A DNA stretch of 64,000 nucleotides from an uncultured Candidatus Saccharibacteria bacterium (GCA_964480345.1 CAYZNW010000004.1:27962-91961); one strand, 5' to 3'. Shown: positions 37,776 through 47,302, counted from the first letter of the stretch. Made by a program: numbers and translations. Notes: a model not told the origin generated them from the sequence alone.

Positions 37776-39770
37776 ATGAGATTAGCTACAGATTCTCCAA
37801 TAACAGATATCAAAGGAATAGGGCAGAGACAAGCTGATCTTTACTCCAAACTATCAATATTCTCCGTAAGAGACTTACTCTTCCATATACCTTTCAGATA
37901 CAAAGATACTTCAACTCTAATTCCTATTACAGAATTTAAACAGAGTGGAGAAGGAACATTTCTTGCAGAGATAGAAGATGTAAAAACAACATACTTTAGA
38001 CGAGCAATAGTCTCTATCAAAGTAAAGGATGACACAGCATCATTGAGAATGTCTTTTCTAAATCAACCGTATCTAGCAAAAACTTTTCAAAAAGGAGACA
38101 TATATATTTTTGATGCAAAAATAAGCCAAAAAGGAAAAAACAAAAACATATACAATCCTAAATTTGAGAAATTTGAAGCAGAGAAAGAAACTGTACATCT
38201 TGGGAAAATTATGGGCATCTATCCTGAGACAGAGGGATTAACCTCCAAATCAATTCGAACAAAAGTACAAACTTTGCAACCAGATATAGAGAAACTACTT
38301 CCTGATCCAATAAATATAGAAAAATACGATTCACTATCTGACGCAATAAATACAATTCATTTTCCTAACAATCAAGAAGAGATTAAAAAAGCTCGGAATA
38401 GGCTTGCTTTTGATGAAATGTTGAGAATAGCAATAAAGATAGAGCAAGATAGAAAAGAATCAGCGAAACAGAAAGCTAAACCGATGAAAATATATACAAA
38501 AGAGCTGAATCAATTCATCAAAAATCTACCTTATAAACTCACAGAAGATCAAAATACATCAATAGAACAAATACTTGCTGATTGTACAAAAAAAACTCCT
38601 ATGAATAGGTTGCTAAATGGAGATGTCGGTAGTGGAAAAACAATAGTAAGTGCAGTAGCTGTACTAAATTGTATAAGAAACGGATTTTCTGCAATACTTC
38701 TAGCTCCTACAACCGTATTAGCAATACAACATTACAGCACTTTCACAAAAATTTTTGAAGATACAGGTATAGATATTGAGCTATGTATATCAACAAAAAA
38801 GAATATTTCAAAAGCAGATAACAAATTAATCATAGGTACACATGCCATACTTTTTGAAAAAGAGCTACCTAAAGATCTAAACCTAGTAATCATAGATGAA
38901 CAACATAGATTTGGAGTAGAACAGAGGCATCATTTCAAAAAAACAGTTAAAAATCCTCCTCACTACTTAACTATGAGTGCAACTCCTATACCAAGAAGCT
39001 TAACTGAGATTTTCTTTGGAGGAATGGATGTCTCAGAGATACGACAGAAACCTGCAAACAGGAAAGAAATTAAAACATATTTTACTCCATCAAACAAAAG
39101 AGTAGATTGCTTAAATTGGGTAAAAGAAAAAATCATTTCAAGCAAAAAAAATAGCAATTCGAATCAAGCCTTCATAATATACCCACTCATTGAAGAGAGC
39201 GAGAAGTCTTCTACAAAATCCATACTAAACGAATACGAAAATTTAAAGAAGCTATTTAAAGGCCTTAATGTAGAGTATCTACATGGGAAATTAAAAGAGA
39301 GGGAAAAAGATCAGTTACTAAATGATTTCAGAGAGAAGAAGATAGATATCTTACTTTCTACAACAGTAATAGAGGTAGGCATAGATATACCTGATGCGAC
39401 AATCATGGTAATAGAGGATGCGGAAAGATTTGGTTTAGCACAATTACATCAACTTCGTGGAAGAGTTGGCAGAGGAGAGAAAGAATCGTACTGTTTTGTA
39501 ATACTCGGAACATCTGTGGAGAATAAAGCTCCAGCAGAAGAGAGATTAAAATACTTTGCAAGCCACTCCTCTGGATTTGAAGTGGCAGAATACGACTTAA
39601 AACATCGTGGCCCAGGAGAGGTATACGGTACCAAGCAATCAGGTATCCCTATTTTCAAAGTAGCAAACATCTACGATTTAGAACTACTTAAAGAAGCCAG
39701 AAAGTTTGCAAAATCGCTGTTGCAGAGAGATAATAACGTGCAATATATATTAGATCATATTTTCACATAG
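37776..39770 (+). CDS. recG: ATP-dependent DNA helicase RecG
   Basis: GDVGSGKT, DEQHRFGVEQR, TMSATPIPRSL, QLHQLRGRVGRG. Confidence 0.9.
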   Translation: MRLATDSPITDIKGIGQRQADLYSKLSIFSVRDLLFHIPFRYKDTSTLIPITEFKQSGEGTFLAEIEDVKTTYFRRAIVSIKVKDDTASLRMSFLNQPYLAKTFQKGDIYIFDAKISQKGKNKNIYNPKFEKFEAEKETVHLGKIMGIYPETEGLTSKSIRTKVQTLQPDIEKLLPDPINIEKYDSLSDAINTIHFPNNQEEIKKARNRLAFDEMLRIAIKIEQDRKESAKQKAKPMKIYTKELNQFIKNLPYKLTEDQNTSIEQILADCTKKTPMNRLLNGDVGSGKTIVSAVAVLNCIRNGFSAILLAPTTVLAIQHYSTFTKIFEDTGIDIELCISTKKNISKADNKLIIGTHAILFEKELPKDLNLVIIDEQHRFGVEQRHHFKKTVKNPPHYLTMSATPIPRSLTEIFFGGMDVSEIRQKPANRKEIKTYFTPSNKRVDCLNWVKEKIISSKKNSNSNQAFIIYPLIEESEKSSTKSILNEYENLKKLFKGLNVEYLHGKLKEREKDQLLNDFREKKIDILLSTTVIEVGIDIPDATIMVIEDAERFGLAQLHQLRGRVGRGEKESYCFVILGTSVENKAPAEERLKYFASHSSGFEVAEYDLKHRGPGEVYGTKQSGIPIFKVANIYDLELLKEARKFAKSLLQRDNNVQYILDHIFT

Positions 39771-39772
39771 AA

Positions 39773-40231
39773 ATGAAAATACACATCGTTTTAGACAATA
39801 TAAGGTCTTGCTTTAATGTAGGAAGCATATTCAGATCTGCAGATGGAGCAGGTAGTGTTAAGAAAATCTATCTATGTGGAATGACTACTGACATAGATAA
39901 CCCCAAATTAGAGAAAACTGCACTAGGAGCAACTGATATGATTGAATCTGAGCATTACGATACAACAGAAGAAGCATTAGAAGAAATTCGAAATTTAAAT
40001 ATTCCAATATACTCCGTAGAACTAACAGAAGATGCAGAGGATTTTCAAAAAGTAAAATACCCTGAAGAAATAGCTTTGGTATTCGGCCATGAAAAAATGG
40101 GAGTAGATGAGGATATCTTAATAGAATCAGATAAGAAGATATTTATACCTATGAGAGGAAAGAAAGAAAGTCTAAATGTTGCCAATTGTGCAACAACAAT
40201 ACTGTATGAAATTACAAGAGAGAAGAAGTAA
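39773..40231 (+). CDS. Minimal SPOUT-class RNA 2'-O-methyltransferase (TrmL/SpoU-like)
   Basis: 152 aa. N-terminal NVGSIFRSADGAG and a C-terminal knot region LVFGHEKMGVDEDIL...LNVANCATTILYE. Confidence 0.7.
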   Translation: MKIHIVLDNIRSCFNVGSIFRSADGAGSVKKIYLCGMTTDIDNPKLEKTALGATDMIESEHYDTTEEALEEIRNLNIPIYSVELTEDAEDFQKVKYPEEIALVFGHEKMGVDEDILIESDKKIFIPMRGKKESLNVANCATTILYEITREKK

Positions 40232-40269
40232 GCTAGCATATACATGTAATAGTACGATATAATCACAGT

Positions 40270-41016
40270 ATGAGTTTAAAACATGATTCGTTCAAAAAAT
40301 TAAGAAAAGAGAAAAACAAATGGAGAATAGACACTCCAGAAGATTTTGAAGAAAGAGAAACTACCTTCTTAAAAGAGATGTTGCAAAGCAAAGAGCCAAC
40401 TATAAAAACCTTGGTAAGAATAAGTGCGGGCAAAGCCAGGAACTTCAATATAGAGGTACCAAAAGCTACAAGACCTATGACAGATAGAATGAAGGTTAGA
40501 ATCTTTGATATTTTAAGAGAAGATGTTGTCAATAAAGATATACTAGATCTCTATGCAGGAGCAGGATCTTTTGGACTCGAAGCACTCTCACGAGGAGCAA
40601 AAAGCTGTACATTTGTAGATGCTTCTAAAAATGCTGATATTATAATAAAAAAGAACGTTGCTCATACAGGATTCCTGCCGGAGTCTGAGATTTTAAGAGA
40701 GAAAGTAGAAGAGTACCTATTTAGATTAACAGAAGGAGTAGAGAAAGAAGAAAAAAAAACTTTTGACATCATATTCATAGACCCTCCATACAAACTATTT
40801 AATACAAAACGAGTCTTTAAAATGGAGAAAGTTATTAACATGGCATCAAAACTCTTACCTGGAGTTAGTAATCCAAAAACAAATAAGTTTAAAGGGGCAT
40901 TGATTTTAAAACATCCGAGAAGATACGATTTAGAGAAATTGAAATTAGAAGAAATTAGAAAAGTAGAAAGCATAACCCTAGGGTTAAATGTAATATCATT
41001 TTATATAGTTAAATAG
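40270..41016 (+). CDS. rsmD: RsmD-family 16S rRNA m2G966 methyltransferase (N6-Mtase_2 fold) with an N-terminal extension
   Basis: RPMTDRMKVRIFDIL, DLYAGAGSFGLEALSRGA, FIDPPY. Confidence 0.7.
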   Translation: MSLKHDSFKKLRKEKNKWRIDTPEDFEERETTFLKEMLQSKEPTIKTLVRISAGKARNFNIEVPKATRPMTDRMKVRIFDILREDVVNKDILDLYAGAGSFGLEALSRGAKSCTFVDASKNADIIIKKNVAHTGFLPESEILREKVEEYLFRLTEGVEKEEKKTFDIIFIDPPYKLFNTKRVFKMEKVINMASKLLPGVSNPKTNKFKGALILKHPRRYDLEKLKLEEIRKVESITLGLNVISFYIVK

Positions 41017-41035
41017 TATAATTAGTAATCTACAT

Positions 41036-41109
41036 GGGCCTGTAGCTCACTTGGTTAGAGCACTTCGCTGGCAGTGAAGGGGTAAGGGGTTCGAATCCCC
41101 TCAGGTCCA
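41036..41109 (+). tRNA. tRNA-Ala (anticodon GGC) with the G3:U70 identity pair, no encoded CCA
   Basis: Acceptor GGGCCTG/CAGGTCC with G3-T70 wobble, anticodon stem CTTCG/TGAAG with loop CTGGCAG, T arm AGGGG-TTCGAAT-CCCCT. Confidence 0.8.
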
Positions 41110-41553
41110 AAATACGTTCAACACCATCGGTTATACTTACAGCATCTACATTATTTCATACTTTTTCATAGATATTTAAGATACTAGAAGATACTTTCTA
41201 TGAAAATTGATTGTGTTTACAACATTTACACAAAATAACCGTTTAATATATTACATGTATATATTGTGTAAACCTTTATATACCAATCTTAACACTCCTA
41301 AACTATCCTATATCTTCTTAAATATTTATGAATTATCTACTTGAAATCTTAAACTGGTATGGATATCTGTAAACCTTCAACCTAGAATCAAGACTTGATA
41401 CTGTTCTGCTTCTTGTGATAGAATTTCCACAGAAACAATGTTCAAAATATACGGTACAAACAAATCAAAGCTAGCAAAGATTGTCTTTACAACATGGACT
41501 TTTTAATAGCTATCGTTAATCCCCCAACTAACTTATTATATATTTAACCATTT

Positions 41554-43332
41554 ATGGATTCGGAAAAAGAAATATTGAAATTAGAAGAAATGAGGCACTC
41601 AGCATCTCACATCTTAGCTCAAGCTGTATTAAAGCTTTATCCTGATACTAAACTAGGTATAGGACCTGCTATAGATAATGGCTTTTACTATGATTTTGAT
41701 TTTACAGAGCCAATTACAAATGAAGACTTACCAAAGATAGAGAAAGAGATGCGAAAAATCATCAAGCAAGGGCTACCTTTTGGCAGAGTCATGATGAGTA
41801 GAGATGCTGCTAAAGAGTATTTGAAGAAAACAGACCAGATATATAAGCTAGAGCTTTTAGATGAATTAGAAGGTGATGAATTTAGTTTTTATGTTACTGG
41901 CGAGAATGAGTTTGCAGATCTTTGCAGAGGACCTCATGTTGAAAACACAAAAGATATAGGAGCAATAAAATTGACTAAGACAGCAGGAGCATACTGGAGA
42001 GGTGATGAGAACAACAAGATGTTAACAAGAATATATGGAACCGCATTTCCAACTGAGAATGAATTAAATACATATTTAAAACAGCAAGAGGAGCTTGAAA
42101 ACAGAAATCACAGGAAGTTAGGTAAACAGTTACAGCTCTTTGCGATCATTCCTGAAGTAGGACAGGGTCTTCCTGTATGGCTTCCTAGAGGATATGTGAT
42201 GAGAAGAATTCTTGAAGAGTATATGATTGATCTTGAAAGAAGTGCAGGGTATGAGCATATTTTATCTCCTCATATTAATAAAGAGGTACTCTTTCAAACA
42301 TCCGGTCATTTAGATTTCTATAAAGAATCGATGTATGCACCAATAGTAGTAGATGACGAAACTTACTATTTGAAGCCTATGAATTGTCCTATCGCTATGA
42401 TGGTATACAAGTTAGACACTAAAAGTTACAAAGACTTGCCTTACAAGTTAGGAGAGCTAGGCACAGTATATAGATATGAGAAAAGTGGAGAATTACACGG
42501 TCTACAAAGAGTAAGAGGATTTACTCAAAATGATGCTCATCTTTTCTGTACTTCAGAGCAATTAGAAGGAATCATAGATGAGACTTTAGACTTACTTGAT
42601 ATTTTCTACAAAGATGTAGGATTCAACAACTATAAATTTAGACTCTCAATATCAGATTGGGAGAAAAAATCAGATAAGTATGCGGGAACAAAAGAGAAAT
42701 GGGAACATACAGAAGAAATTTTAAGAAAAGTACTCGTCAACAGAGGACTAGAATTTGAAGAGATGCCAGGAGATGCCGCTTTCTATGGACCAAAAATTGA
42801 TATCCAAGCTGTGAATGTTTTTGGTAAAGAAGATTCCGTCTCTACAATTCAGCTAGATTTCAATCTTCCAGAAAGATTCAATATCACATATATTGATGAT
42901 GATGGACAGGAGAAACAACCGTATGTAGTACATAGAGCTTTACTTGGATCATTTGAAAGATTTTTGGCTTTCCTCATTGAACATCACGGAGGAGACTTCC
43001 CACTTTGGTTTACGCCAGAGCAAGTCTATATTATCCCAATATCAGATAAACATATACAGTATGCACAAGATGTATATGAAAGATTAAAAGAAGCACAATT
43101 AAGAGTAAAACTAGACGACAGAACAAAGAGTATGCAATCAAGAATTAGAGATGCAGAAAAAATGAAAATTCCATACATCATCATTGTAGGAGATAAAGAA
43201 ATTGAAACAGAGACTGTCTCAGTAAGAGCACGAAGAAACAAAGAAGAGGGGTTAATGAAAGTTCAAGAATTCATCGATAAACTAAAAGAGGAGATTAGAA
43301 CTAAAGATTCTTTCTCTTCTGACAATATATAA
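41554..43332 (+). CDS. thrS: Threonyl-tRNA synthetase lacking the N-terminal TGS (N1) domain
   Basis: Starts at the N2 editing-domain region (RHSASHILAQAV...GPAIDNGFYYDF). Class II motifs RGFTQNDAHLFC, 592 aa. Confidence 0.9.
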   Translation: MDSEKEILKLEEMRHSASHILAQAVLKLYPDTKLGIGPAIDNGFYYDFDFTEPITNEDLPKIEKEMRKIIKQGLPFGRVMMSRDAAKEYLKKTDQIYKLELLDELEGDEFSFYVTGENEFADLCRGPHVENTKDIGAIKLTKTAGAYWRGDENNKMLTRIYGTAFPTENELNTYLKQQEELENRNHRKLGKQLQLFAIIPEVGQGLPVWLPRGYVMRRILEEYMIDLERSAGYEHILSPHINKEVLFQTSGHLDFYKESMYAPIVVDDETYYLKPMNCPIAMMVYKLDTKSYKDLPYKLGELGTVYRYEKSGELHGLQRVRGFTQNDAHLFCTSEQLEGIIDETLDLLDIFYKDVGFNNYKFRLSISDWEKKSDKYAGTKEKWEHTEEILRKVLVNRGLEFEEMPGDAAFYGPKIDIQAVNVFGKEDSVSTIQLDFNLPERFNITYIDDDGQEKQPYVVHRALLGSFERFLAFLIEHHGGDFPLWFTPEQVYIIPISDKHIQYAQDVYERLKEAQLRVKLDDRTKSMQSRIRDAEKMKIPYIIIVGDKEIETETVSVRARRNKEEGLMKVQEFIDKLKEEIRTKDSFSSDNI

Positions 43333-43355
43333 CTTTTTACTTTTAAAATACATTA

Positions 43356-43922
43356 ATGGCTTTTGAAAACAAAACAGATTTTAGGAAGAAGTTTGGACCT
43401 AGGAAAAACGAATTTATTCATGTTCCAGAAGTACAATTGATAGATGAGAAAGGAGAGAATATAGGGGTCGTTTCTACACAGAAAGCTTTAGAAATGGCAA
43501 AAGAGGTGGAACTTGATTTAGTAGAAGTAGGACCAAATGTTAGACCTCCTGTTTGCAAAATTATGGATTTTTCAAAATACATGTATATGCAAAGTAAAAA
43601 AAGTAGGATGAATAAGAAAGGAAAGGTGAAAGAAACGAAAGAGTTTAGATTTACACCCGTTATAGAGAAAGCAGATGTAGAACACAGGATTAAAAGAGCT
43701 AAAGAGTATCTAAGTAAAGGGCATCCAGTTAAAATATTAATGGTTAGAAAAGGCAGACAAAGTAAAGAGCAGGCATTAGAAGTTTTTAATCAAATATTGA
43801 CTAATTTTACTGATTATAGTAGTATCGAGGCCGTACCTACACAAGAAGGTAATCGTATATCTTTGACATATAAACCAAATGGCAAGACAGAAAACAAACA
43901 AAACAGCGAAGAAAAGAATTAG
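43356..43922 (+). CDS. infC: Translation initiation factor IF-3
   Basis: VQLIDEKGENIGVVSTQKALEMAKE...DLVEVGPNVRPPVCKIMDFSKY. Confidence 0.9.
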   Translation: MAFENKTDFRKKFGPRKNEFIHVPEVQLIDEKGENIGVVSTQKALEMAKEVELDLVEVGPNVRPPVCKIMDFSKYMYMQSKKSRMNKKGKVKETKEFRFTPVIEKADVEHRIKRAKEYLSKGHPVKILMVRKGRQSKEQALEVFNQILTNFTDYSSIEAVPTQEGNRISLTYKPNGKTENKQNSEEKN

Positions 43923-44091
43923 CCTTTCTAATCCAAGAGGAAATAAGGCTCCTGTTGTTCAGTATAAACAGAGTCATCAAGGCCATTTGAAGACAAAGAG
44001 ATCCGCAAGAGCAAAAAGAAGACAGTTTTCTAATGCAAAAGTACATAGTACTACTGCAAAGAAATTGATAAAGAAAATTATTAATATCTAA
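43879..44091 (+). CDS. rpmI: 50S ribosomal protein L35
   Basis: Very basic 70-aa protein (KTNKTAKKR...KTKRSARAKRRQ) in the canonical infC-rpmI-rplT position. Overlaps the infC 3' end by 44 nt in another frame. Confidence 0.6.
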   Translation: MARQKTNKTAKKRISLSNPRGNKAPVVQYKQSHQGHLKTKRSARAKRRQFSNAKVHSTTAKKLIKKIINI

Positions 44092-44102
44092 ATAGTACAA
44101 AA

Positions 44103-44444
44103 ATGAGAGTTAAGGGTGGAACCACAAGGAAAAGAAAACATAATAAAATCTTAAAGAGTACAAAAGGATACAGAATGAGCAAAAGTACTCTATATAGAGT
44201 AGCTCACGAATCTTTCATGCATGCAGGCCAGTATGCATATAACCATAGACAAAGAAGAGCAAGTGATTTCAGAAGAATTTGGATAGCAAAAATTAATGCA
44301 GCATGTAAGAATAATGGCATTCAGTACAAAGATTTAATAAACAAACTAAAGATAAAGAAATCAGAGCTTAATAGAATGGTTCTTGCAGATATAGCACAAA
44401 ATAATCCTGAAGTGTTTTCTGCAATAGTAAAAACTATTTCATAA
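44103..44444 (+). CDS. rplT: 50S ribosomal protein L20
   Basis: MRVKGGTTRKRKHNKILK...AGQYAYNHRQRR...RRIWIAKINAA. Confidence 0.9.
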   Translation: MRVKGGTTRKRKHNKILKSTKGYRMSKSTLYRVAHESFMHAGQYAYNHRQRRASDFRRIWIAKINAACKNNGIQYKDLINKLKIKKSELNRMVLADIAQNNPEVFSAIVKTIS

Positions 44445-44478
44445 GCGTTTCCTATACTACTCCAACAGTCCCATAGTG

Positions 44479-44487
44479 TGTTATAAT
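44479..44487 (+). promoter_or_regulatory. Extended -10 promoter element (TGtTATAAT) for the three-gene cassette
   Basis: TG at 44479..44480 and TATAAT at 44482..44487. SD AGGAGG at 44551..44556, 9 nt before the ATG at 44566. Confidence 0.35.
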
Positions 44488-44565
44488 ACTACTGTATTAT
44501 TACTTTTGTAACAATACAGATCTTTAACAACAATTTCTTATTAATCAAGAAGGAGGAAACACATA

Positions 44566-45066
44566 ATGGTCGGCGAGAGTTATTCACGTTTTGACAATGT
44601 CTATACTCAATTTATTCAACATGGAAGGAAGAACAACATTTATAGCTCTTCAGCATCTATAGAAGAGACTAAGATCAAAGAACTAACTGTGTACGAAGCA
44701 CTAGAAGCTTCTTACAACAAATTTGATAAGGGAGAGAAGATTACAGAATTACTCATCACATTAGCATTTTACAAATACTGTCAGGAGGAAGCTCCAAGTC
44801 TTATACCAAGCTATGGTATAACTCTAGTTTCTGTAAAGAAATCAAAGAAGGCGAATTGGTCATATCAGCTATATCTCAATGGAATAAGGATGCTCAGTCG
44901 TCCAACAGATGATATTAAAATTACGGAGAAAGAAATATATACTCCAGTTCATCTAATTATCACTGATCCAAATCCACCAGAAATAAAAGTATTTACATTA
45001 TTTAGTGAAAAGAAATTGGATAATCTACTCAATGAATGTCATTATTTAAATCTGGGGGAAGTATGA
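44566..45066 (+). CDS. Hypothetical cytoplasmic protein (cassette gene A, 166 aa)
   Basis: No recognisable motif, signal peptide or TM. Strong SD. Stop TGA overlaps the next start (ATGA). Confidence 0.5.
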   Translation: MVGESYSRFDNVYTQFIQHGRKNNIYSSSASIEETKIKELTVYEALEASYNKFDKGEKITELLITLAFYKYCQEEAPSLIPSYGITLVSVKKSKKANWSYQLYLNGIRMLSRPTDDIKITEKEIYTPVHLIITDPNPPEIKVFTLFSEKKLDNLLNECHYLNLGEV

Positions 45067-45590
45067 ACATTAATATGTCAAAAAAGTCTGAGAAAATCTG
45101 TAATCAATTAAGATTCTACTGTAACAGACTAATTAACACTAGATACTGGAATACTTTCTGTAAACAAGATGGTGTTTATCAAGAAGACACCACTTTCAAC
45201 GATATGACATATAAAGATGCAATCGAAATAGCCTATATGAGATTCTTCTCACCTAGTAGTTTGTATCATCACGACAGTGAATGCCCAGCAAGATCATCTC
45301 TTGCGACTACATTGGCTTTCCTTTATTCAATAGACTTAGGAGGACACTTAGTATACATTGTGCCCAAACTTTTTGTAATCAAGCAACATTTTGAGCATCA
45401 AGAAGTAATACTTGCACTAATACAACTAGAAGATATACAGATTGCTGTAGATCCATCTCAAATATTTGGTCCAGATATATTCCATACATTAGCAGATGTT
45501 AAGGAATATCATCATAAAGATACCTACACTTCAGATATTCATCAATACAAAAAAATTTCTTCTTTACTAAAGAAAAAAATGCCAGTTTAA
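45063..45590 (+). CDS. Hypothetical cytoplasmic protein (cassette gene B, 175 aa from MNINMSKK)
   Basis: ATGA overlap with gene A suggests translational coupling. The track ORF starts earlier (45036) but the in-frame ATG at 45063 is preferred. No recognisable domain. Confidence 0.5.
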   Translation: MNINMSKKSEKICNQLRFYCNRLINTRYWNTFCKQDGVYQEDTTFNDMTYKDAIEIAYMRFFSPSSLYHHDSECPARSSLATTLAFLYSIDLGGHLVYIVPKLFVIKQHFEHQEVILALIQLEDIQIAVDPSQIFGPDIFHTLADVKEYHHKDTYTSDIHQYKKISSLLKKKMPV

Positions 45591-45621
45591 TTAATAAGAA
45601 ATAGAACAGTTAGGAGGGAGG

Positions 45622-46149
45622 GTGAAAGAAATAACCTGTTTTTTCAAAGGAAAAATTACAAGAACCTACCAACTAGATATACCAGAGGAGGTAGAAGTAT
45701 TTATTAGAGTAACACCATTTCTACCAGATGATATCTATTCTGAGAATGCCTTTATTAGTTCAGAGCTCTATGATTTGTCACAAGAGGAAGGAGTATATTT
45801 ACAAAAAGTTTTGTTAGCTGATGACATACTACATTGTTTTCTGATATTTACTACAACATTCCAGCCATTAGATTATGATTTGAAAGAGAGGTCTCCAGAG
45901 GAGCTATATTTAATAAACAAACATTTGATATCATCTAATATGTCACCATTGACAAAAGATGTTAAGATACTCTCAAAGCACAGTGATGAGTATGCTAGCT
46001 TTGCTAGTAGTCAAGATGAATCAATATCTCCGTTTGAAAATGACGAATGGATTTATGCAGAACGTGTTTTATCAGAATGGACAGAAGAAACAGAGAAAAA
46101 GCTCTTTTTACCGAACAAAATCTATAAGAAAATATTCAAAACCAAATAA
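45622..46149 (+). CDS. Hypothetical acidic cytoplasmic protein (cassette gene C, 175 aa, GTG start)
   Basis: GTG start immediately after AGGAGGGAGG. No recognisable domain. Confidence 0.45.
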   Translation: MKEITCFFKGKITRTYQLDIPEEVEVFIRVTPFLPDDIYSENAFISSELYDLSQEEGVYLQKVLLADDILHCFLIFTTTFQPLDYDLKERSPEELYLINKHLISSNMSPLTKDVKILSKHSDEYASFASSQDESISPFENDEWIYAERVLSEWTEETEKKLFLPNKIYKKIFKTK

Positions 46150-46158
46150 CTGCTCAAT

Positions 46159-46256
46159 AGTGGATATAACTTAATATTGAATGCTTAAAAAGCTTCTCTA
46201 TACTACAAAGTTATATCCACTACAAACCTTTCTATTCAACCTACTTTTGTAGTATA
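46159..46256 (+). repeat. Two interlocked inverted repeats in the gene C-pheS intergenic region (possible terminator/attenuator)
   Basis: Perfect 14-bp IR agtggatataactt (46159..46172) / aagttatatccact (46208..46221). Second 11-bp IR tatactacaaa (46199..46209) / tttgtagtata (46246..46256). Each arm of one IR lies inside the loop of the other. Confidence 0.45.
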
Positions 46257-46260
46257 CTGA

Positions 46261-47301
46261 GTGGAAATGAATTTCACACACAACAATTTACAAAAAATAT
46301 ATGACAATTTAATTAATGATATTAATTTGCCATACGAAGAGATAAAACAGAAGTATTTAAGTAAGAACGGAGAGCTTACTCAAGCACTGGCTGAAATCAG
46401 TACTCTTCCCAATCAACAGAAAGCTATATATGGAAAAGAAGTAAACACTCTCAAAACATATATATTAGAAAAGTTAGAAGAGAAACTAAATAATGAGAAG
46501 ACATACTCAACAAAAAAACGAATAGATCCAACAGCACCATTTGATATTAATACTAAGAAAAATCAAAGACCTACTATTTTTGATGAGAAGGGATCAAAGC
46601 ATCCTCTAAATAAAGAAGTAGAGAAACTAATAGGTATTTTTCAAAATATGGGTTTTGATGTATTAGAAAGTAGACAAATAGATGATGATTACCATATGTT
46701 TGAATCACTCAATTTTCCTCAAGGTCATCCTGCCAGAGATATGTATGATACATTTTGGACAGAAGATGGTTTTGTTTTACCAGCACATACCTCAACAATG
46801 CAAAATAGAGCTATGAAGAAGTTTGGACCTCCTCCAATTGCAGCAGTTATTCCAGGACGATGTTTTAGAAACGAAGCTACAGATGCCTCACACGAACATA
46901 CCTTCTATCAAATAGAGGGAGTGTATGTAGATAAGGGTATATCTATAGCCAATATGGAAGCTACAATCAAAACCTTTCTCGAGACATATTTAGAAACTAA
47001 GTTGGAAGTAAGAATGCAACCATCTTTCTTCCCATTTACAGAACCTGATTGTGAATTTGTAATTAGCTGTCCTTTCTGTAAAAAAGCAGGCTGTAGTGTA
47101 TGTGGATACTCTGGATGGATAGAGATAATGGGGTGTGGAATGATACATCCAAATGTATTGAAAGAAGCAGGCATAGATTCTGAAGTTTACTCAGGGTTTG
47201 CATGGGGTTTTGGAGTAGATAGATTAACAATGATCAAATTAGCCATAAATGATATACGACTTTTGCGAGATTCTAATCTTAATTTCCTAAGGCAATTCTA
47301 A
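46261..47301 (+). CDS. pheS: Phenylalanyl-tRNA synthetase alpha subunit
   Basis: FPQGHPARDMYDTFW, GRCFRNEATDASHEHTFYQIEG. Includes a Cys4 zinc-ribbon insertion (CPFCKKAGCSVCGYSGW). Confidence 0.9.
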   Translation: MEMNFTHNNLQKIYDNLINDINLPYEEIKQKYLSKNGELTQALAEISTLPNQQKAIYGKEVNTLKTYILEKLEEKLNNEKTYSTKKRIDPTAPFDINTKKNQRPTIFDEKGSKHPLNKEVEKLIGIFQNMGFDVLESRQIDDDYHMFESLNFPQGHPARDMYDTFWTEDGFVLPAHTSTMQNRAMKKFGPPPIAAVIPGRCFRNEATDASHEHTFYQIEGVYVDKGISIANMEATIKTFLETYLETKLEVRMQPSFFPFTEPDCEFVISCPFCKKAGCSVCGYSGWIEIMGCGMIHPNVLKEAGIDSEVYSGFAWGFGVDRLTMIKLAINDIRLLRDSNLNFLRQF

Positions 47302-47302
47302 G

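Noticed and set aside
41110-41553. T-box riboswitch or RNase P / tmRNA in the long spacer upstream of thrS
   Set aside because: I looked for the T-box consensus (AANNNGGGTGGNACCGCG), RNase P P4 (AGGAAAGTCCGG) and a tRNA-like 3' end. None is present, so only an unexplained spacer is reported.
43879-43922. Apparent gene overlap between infC and the next ORF as a possible annotation error
   Set aside because: The downstream ORF has L35-like composition and the canonical infC-rpmI-rplT position. Short out-of-frame overlaps are normal for this operon, so it is kept as rpmI.
46180-46251. Possible pheS leader peptide (MLKKLLYTTKLYPLQTFLFNLLL)
   Set aside because: It has only two Phe codons and no run of Phe as in enterobacterial pheM, so it is not called as a leader peptide. 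The RNA structure is reported instead.
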